Shown here: in pieces, positions 58,176 to 64,000 of the stretch
Layout: each line of letters starts with the position of its first letter
How positions within the stretch are numbered: position 1 is the first letter of the stretch
Origin: Zygnema circumcarinatum SAG 698-1b
Lineage: Eukaryota > Plantae > Zygnematophyceae
Length of the DNA: 64,000 nucleotides
Assembly (NCBI GenBank): GCA_037447605.1
Contig: CM074819.1
Span: forward strand, 1,882,297-1,946,296
Direction: 5' to 3'
Notes under the pieces: model-generated
What the model saw: the letters and a program-made list of their open reading frames with translations, nothing else
Database searches by the model: none
What the model was told of the DNA's origin: nothing
Made by a program: the position numbers and the translations under genes

Positions 58176-60030
58176 CGCCCCCTCCAAATAGCACCGCCAT
58201 GTCCTCAAGGCGTGGATTACTGCAAGGAGCTCCTGCTTAGTTGCAGAATAGTTACGTTTGGCTGGGTTCATCTTACGACTTTCGTACGCAAGAGGTCGAC
58301 CATCCTAAAACAGAACGGCTCCTAGAGCAAATCCGGACGCATCACAAACCACCTCATATGGTTTGGTAGGGTCTGCCAACACCAATGTAGGTGCAGTGAC
58401 TAAGGCATGTTTGACACCCTCGAAGGCCCTTTGGTATTCAGGCGTCCAAATGTAGTTGACACCGGCACGTGTCAAATATGTCAAGGGAGTAACAAGTTTG
58501 CTAAACCCTTGAATAAATTTACGAAAATAATTCGCAAATCCGAGGAAAGACCGCAACTGATGTAAATCAGTCGGTACTTCCCATGTCTCAACCGCAACCA
58601 CCTTAGCAGGGTCCGGTCATATGCCCTGAGCATTCAGGATATGCCCAAGGTAAAGCAGCTCACTCTGCATGAACTGACACTTCCTCCACTTGGCATAAAA
58701 ATGATGCTTCCTCAGAACTTCAAACACTGTTCTCACGTGTTGAAGATGATCCTCAATTGTCTTACTAAAGATGAGGATATCATCGAGGTACACCAAAACA
58801 AAGTACATCCTGCCTTAACAGCTTTAGCCAACTGCATGGCTGAGCACAGAAAAGGTGTATCAGACTGCTCAGCAGCATCTAAAGTCGTAATGCTTGGGCG
58901 TAGAGTTATTCGTCGTGCGCCACAACGCAAAACACAAGTGGGTATGGAAAAATCCATCTGAGCCTTGACCATGGTTAACCACTGACTTCCCAGAATAACA
59001 TCTAGGCCAGGCACCAGATTAGTGACAAATCACCGAATCTGCCCTGAGTAAGTCTGAATCTTCAGACGTGTGGTTATGGTTCCAAGGATTTGACCCTGTC
59101 TACCATCACCAAAAGTCACAACTTCGGTAAGAGGGGAGACAGGCAAGTCAACAAGCTTAACAAGTACAGCACTAATGAAATTAGCATCAGCACCTGAATC
59201 AAGTAAAACTACTACAGATCTGCCGCCAATGAATCCTTGAAAGGTCATCGCACAGTGTGCAAGGTGGAAGAGTGAACGCAATACATACGATGATGGAGAA
59301 CATGAAGTCCGCCAGATCGAAGGGTATAGCGATCCAACTAGCAAACTGGTAGAAGTATCCACCCAATGTAGCATGGGATGTCCTTTTCGCCAGATCTTGA
59401 CCAACTTCTAGTTAGTATGGCTAAAAGTCCCAATAGAAGCATGCAAAGGCATCAATACATGCAAACTTGAAACATGAGTAGTGGTGCGCTGTAAACGTAA
59501 AGCAATAAATGTGCAATCAATAAGAGACACATTACCTGAAGGATTCAAAATCCAAACAGTCAATTGTTCTCCATTCATCACAACATTCATGAAAGAGTCA
59601 GGAGCCACGATTAAGGAAATCGAGAATGGAATCACATTCAGATGCTCAGGACACAACGTCACAAATACATCATGGTCATCCGGCTGTCTGCCCATCACAT
59701 TCAAAATATCAAGAGGTTGTGGTACAAACAAGCCTCTAGAACTGATGGCAGCAGCTGCAATCCTTAATCTATCTTCTCCACCCGCAGCGACTCCTACACT
59801 GCTGGTGGTGTGCCGTTTTCCGGCCCTTTTCCCTTCTTGTCCTTGATGCTTTGCGGACAGTCCTTCGCCATATGGCCAGACTGCCGGCATCGGAAGCAAC
59901 GTCCTTCCTTCTTCATCTTCTCCATTTCCTGTGGAGTAAGCTTCTGCACCTTCGCAGAAGGCTGTGGGGCAGAGGTTGCACTCGGCTTCCTCTTCTGCGA
60001 ATTCGCCCCCTTAAGCTTCGGAAATGAAGG
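58176..60030 (-). mobile_element. Ty3/gypsy family A copy 2: gag end, extra domain, PR, deleted RT, RNase H (pseudogenised)
   Basis: [48 protein letters not shown] and VCDASGFALGAVL. Same RT deletion as copy 1. Confidence 0.9.
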
Positions 60031-60040
60031 NNNNNNNNNN

Positions 60041-60393
60041 ACGGGTAGGGGCTCCTGCGATATCCGATGGGGTCATCCTCCCCGTCGTGGGGGATACCCC
60101 ACCCGATACACCTGCGGGGGGGACGGGCCCGGTGACCTTGGCCCCGCAGGCGATTGCGCCACCCCCTGACTGGGGTTTGCGCAACCGCGCCAAGGTCCCA
60201 CCCATTTCATTGTGGGGTGAGCGACCAGCTACCGACTGCCCGTTTGAGCAGTGGGTCAGCCAGACCGAGGGTTACCTTTACGCGACCCGCTGCCCACCGG
60301 AGGAGTGGGTGAACTACGCGTACCCCTCTCTCCGCGGACAGGCTTTCCGCGTGTTCTCCAACCTTCGGGCCAGCATCAACGGCAGTTGGGCTC
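60041..60393 (+). mobile_element. Gag fragment of a related gypsy element, interrupted by copia
   Basis: NRAKVPPISLWGERPATDCPFEQWVSQTEGYLYATRCPPEEWVNYAYPSLRGQA is homologous to family A gag at ~37920-37760. Confidence 0.8.
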
Positions 60394-63300
60394 TGTTAGT
60401 GTTAGTGTATGATAGTTAAGCATTACATAGTACACACTAACTTGGTTGTGGTACTCAGTCATGGAAACTACCTAGTATGAGTCGCGATGACGTCAGCAAC
60501 TTAAGTTCTGAGGTGCGCTTGTAGCGCGCGCGGGCGGAGTGTGGATGAACGGCCGTGATTGATCGCGGCGGTAACTTGGAGACGCGCGGAGCTGATTGGT
60601 CGCGGCGCTGACGCGAAGGCGCGTGGTACGGATGCGCGAAGATGATTGGACACGGCGCGGGCGCGAGGACGCGGAGTGCGCGTCGGTGACGCGAAGCGAC
60701 GAAGGAATGTCGGCGACGAATCGCGCAGCGCCACGTGGGCCACTTACTGAGTGGGCCCGTTGGTTCGAGCGTACGGCGAAGGAGTCGGCGGCCGGAAAAT
60801 GTTAAGGGTACCCGACGAACGGCGGCACTGTACGGATAGGACGGAAATAGGTCGGTGTCGTCGTAGGTTTACGAGACCACTACCGTAGGTCGCTATTCTG
60901 AGTGCGCCGCTTTGCCGAATGCAAGGGCCAGCTATGGCGGCCGTGACGTGACATGTGTGTCACGTCACAACGCCATATAGTATATAGCGTGTGTTGTGTG
61001 TTTGGTAGGTAANNNNNNNNNNGCCTTGCTCGTGTTGTGAGGTAGTGAGTAAGAGAAGATAGGTTCAAAGGGTGGGAAGTGAACTTTCATGTGGGAAGAC
61101 ATTTATTAAGGAGTTTTAGAGCCGTGAGCTTTCTCCTACACTTCTCTCGATTGATTTCCGCTGTGCTTGTCTCTGGTGTTCATTCTGTAGTTATGGGCGA
61201 TGAGTGAATTGTGAGATAGAGCTTTGAGAGTGCAAGAGTGGAAATGTCTTCATCGGTGGGAACACGAGTTCCTGTGGAGGGCGACACGCGAGGTGGCGCC
61301 GGAAGTCGCGAGATGTTCCCTACGTCAACAAGTGGTATCAGAGCCAATGGTGGCGACGAGGACCACGTGAAGTTCAGCATCCCGGCGTTCGATGGATCGG
61401 ACTACAAGGGGTGGAGGTGGCGGCTGGTCCCCTTGCTCGTGGGCAAGGGGCTGTTGGGGTACGTTGACGGCACCATCAAGGCACCAGTGCTACCGGAGGG
61501 AGCCACGGCGGAGCAGCAGTCGGAGTTCGACACGGCGCTCACCAGATGGAAGGCCAAGGACAACAAGGCCCTTACCCAGATCGTCATGAGTGTGAGGGGA
61601 AGTCCCTCCTCTATGCTGTATGATCTCAAGACCTCACATGCGATGTGGAGGTGCTTAGAAGAGATGTATGATGTAAAGGATAATGTGACGATTGTCAACC
61701 TTTACACGCAGCTAGGGAAAATGAAGATGTCCTCAGATGAGAAACTTAGCGAATATATGGTCAGGTTTGATACTCTGATGGAAAGGTTCATAGCCCTTCA
61801 GAAACCATTAGAGAGTGATCATAAGATTAGCCAGTTTCTGGGGGGACTGCCTGCCCGTTTTGATGTAGCAGCTGCGCTCTTGGTGAACCGGCCCTAATGA
61901 AATTCGAAAATGACCCCTTGAGCAAGTGAAGGAAGGATCGGCGAGGAGGACTCAGTTCAAGACGCTGGCGCACCCCAGGAGAAGGTGCTCGGCCGCACAC
62001 ACGCCAAGACCGGGAGGAGGCGCTGTGAAGCCAGACCTAGGAGAGCCGGGCCCCGCGAAAGGTGCTACACGTGCGGTGGCAAGAGCGGCCACTACTCGGC
62101 AGACTGTTACAAGAACAAGGGGACCCCAGATCGGGGAGGAGGCGCTTCGTCATCCATCAAGAAGGATAAGAAGGGGTTCAAGGGGACCTGCTTCAAATGC
62201 AAGAAGCGTGGCCACAAGAGTGCAGATTGCAGAGTGGCGGTGGAGACCAACCTCATGGTGACTGAACATTCTGACTTTGTTGGGAAGATCCAGGTTCAGG
62301 ATCTGAAGCGGCCATGGCTGATCGACTCTGGCGCTTCCACACACATGTGTGGCGACAAGCAAAATGTTTTCCACGTTGGACACGTTGTAGAGGACACGTT
62401 CCGTTCACTCAGCTACCGGAGAGGGAGTGACAGTCACGAAAGGAGGTGAAGTCAAGATGATCCCTCGAGACGGCCCGCGATCTACTGCAAGAAAAGAGTA
62501 AGAGCGCTCAAGACGGGTGACGTCCTTCACACCCTGAGCTGAAACAGAATTTTATGTCTGTTAGCCAAGTGTGTAAGAAGGGGTATGAGGTCACGTTCAG
62601 AGAGAAGTCATGTGTAGCTACTCACCTTGTGACGGGGAAGCAGCTGTTTAAGGGGTTTGAGAAAGGAGGGTTGTATTACCTTCACTATAGGAGAGAAGAA
62701 GATGAGGAAGTCATGGCCGTGGCTGAAGATGTAGTGAATCTCTGGCATCGTAGACTTGGTCACCTCAACCATAGGGGCTTGCAGCAACTGTCAGAAAAGG
62801 GGCTGGTCCGTGGGTTGGATGTTGACGTAGTTGAGAAGGAGCTCGGTTTTTGCAAAGAGTGTGTGGAGGGGAAGGCGCATAGGAGACCGTTTGCGAGGAG
62901 TGGAGAAGAGGCGTTCCATGCGAAGGAGAAGTTGGAGTTAGTCCATACCGATCTCTGCGGTCCCGTGACACCGGCAACGACAGGAGGAGCCCGCTACTTC
63001 ATCACCTTTCTTGACGATTTTTCGAGGAAGATCTGGGTGAAGATTCTCAAGAACAAGTCTGCGTATCTGGAGCCTCAGAGATTGGCAGATCTGTATTGAG
63101 AGAGACTGACACAAGTTGAAGACTCTTCGCTCAGATAACGGAGGCGCAGTTCCAAGTCCAAGGAGTTTGGTGAATACCTCAAGTCTCGAGGCATAAGGCA
63201 TGAATTCTCTGCTCCCTATTCCCCTCAAAGTAATGGAGCTGCTGAGAGAGTTAACAGGACGTTGGGGGACATGGCGCGGACCATGCTGATTGATTCCCCA

Positions 63301-64000
63301 TTTCAGGCATCTTTTTGGGGAGAGGCAGTGATGACTGCCGCTTACCTTAGGAACAGATGTCCATCCTCTGTCCTCAAGGATCACGTTCCTGAGGAGGTGT
63401 GGAGTGGGAAGAAACCCACGGTCACTCACCTGAAGGCATTCGAAGCGCGGTGTTGGTCGACAGTTCCGAAAGCGAAGCAGAAGAGGAAGTTCGACCGGAG
63501 AGCCGTAGAAGGGTACATTCTCGGCTATAACGCTGACAGTCGCACCTACAGGGTGTGGAACCCCCGATTGAATGAAGTTCAGAGTTCGAGGGATGTCACG
63601 GTGGATGAGAGAGGGGCGGTGGCACGACTAGGTGAGACCCGACCCCAGAAGGCAGATTTGGAAATTGTGTACGAGGATGTGGAGACTAGTGGAGGAGGCG
63701 ACGATGCTTCCCCAGTCCCGGCCCTGGAGGAGATCAGCACGCCAGAGAGCGGAGGAGCTGAGCCAGAGGCAGCACCAAGCGCTGAGGCGGCAGTCGGAGA
63801 TGAACCCGAAGCGCCGCATGCGGGAGAACCGCAAGGCTCGGTGGAGAGGGCTCCGGTACACACGCATCTGTCAGACGAGGAGAACTCGGACGAGACCGTT
63901 CCATTGCATCGACAAGGGTCTAATGACTTGGAGGCGGAAGAGAGAGAGGCGATGTTATCGATCATGCCTCCAGGGTTTGTTCCCGGCATCTTCTTCAACC
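60394..64000 (+). mobile_element. Second Ty1/copia copy (5' LTR, PBS, gag, PR, integrase; frameshifted; runs off the window)
   Basis: LTR 60394-61330 (TGTTAG...TCAACA), PBS TGGTATCAGAGCC 61333-61345, gag FDGSDYKGWRW, CFKCKKRGHKSADC, WLIDSGAS, LWHRRLGH, VHTDLCGP and NGAAERVN. Near-identical to 37926-43862. Confidence 0.93.

Overview
Eukaryotic draft-assembly DNA with many N gaps. It is most likely a streptophyte (plant-lineage) green alga, inferred from plant-type genes, GT-AG introns full of purine/pyrimidine and telomere-like repeats, and tRNA-iMet-primed LTR elements. The left ~27 kb is genic. It holds an intronless coiled-coil ORF (1374-2462, -), a 6-exon MINDY-3/4-type deubiquitinase (6535-11120, +) and a convergent 15-exon P2B autoinhibited Ca2+-ATPase (26887-12585, -). 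The right ~37 kb is a transposon nest: a foldback inverted repeat, a long-TIR non-autonomous DNA element carrying a solo LTR, a hAT fragment, two Ty1/copia copies and several Ty3/gypsy chromovirus copies of two related families (A and B), partly duplicated by assembly artefacts. The chromoviruses are the most interesting part. (i) Their LTRs carry a tRNA-like A-box/B-box module at a conserved position, and one LTR is only 131 bp. (ii) A conserved ~170-aa extra domain lies between Gag and protease and resembles a degenerate Dam-type N6-adenine methyltransferase. (iii) Gag-Pol is joined by a conserved G_GAA_AAC / 6-nt spacer / stem-loop -1 frameshift signal. The copia family appears to start Gag inside the LTR and read through the PBS.
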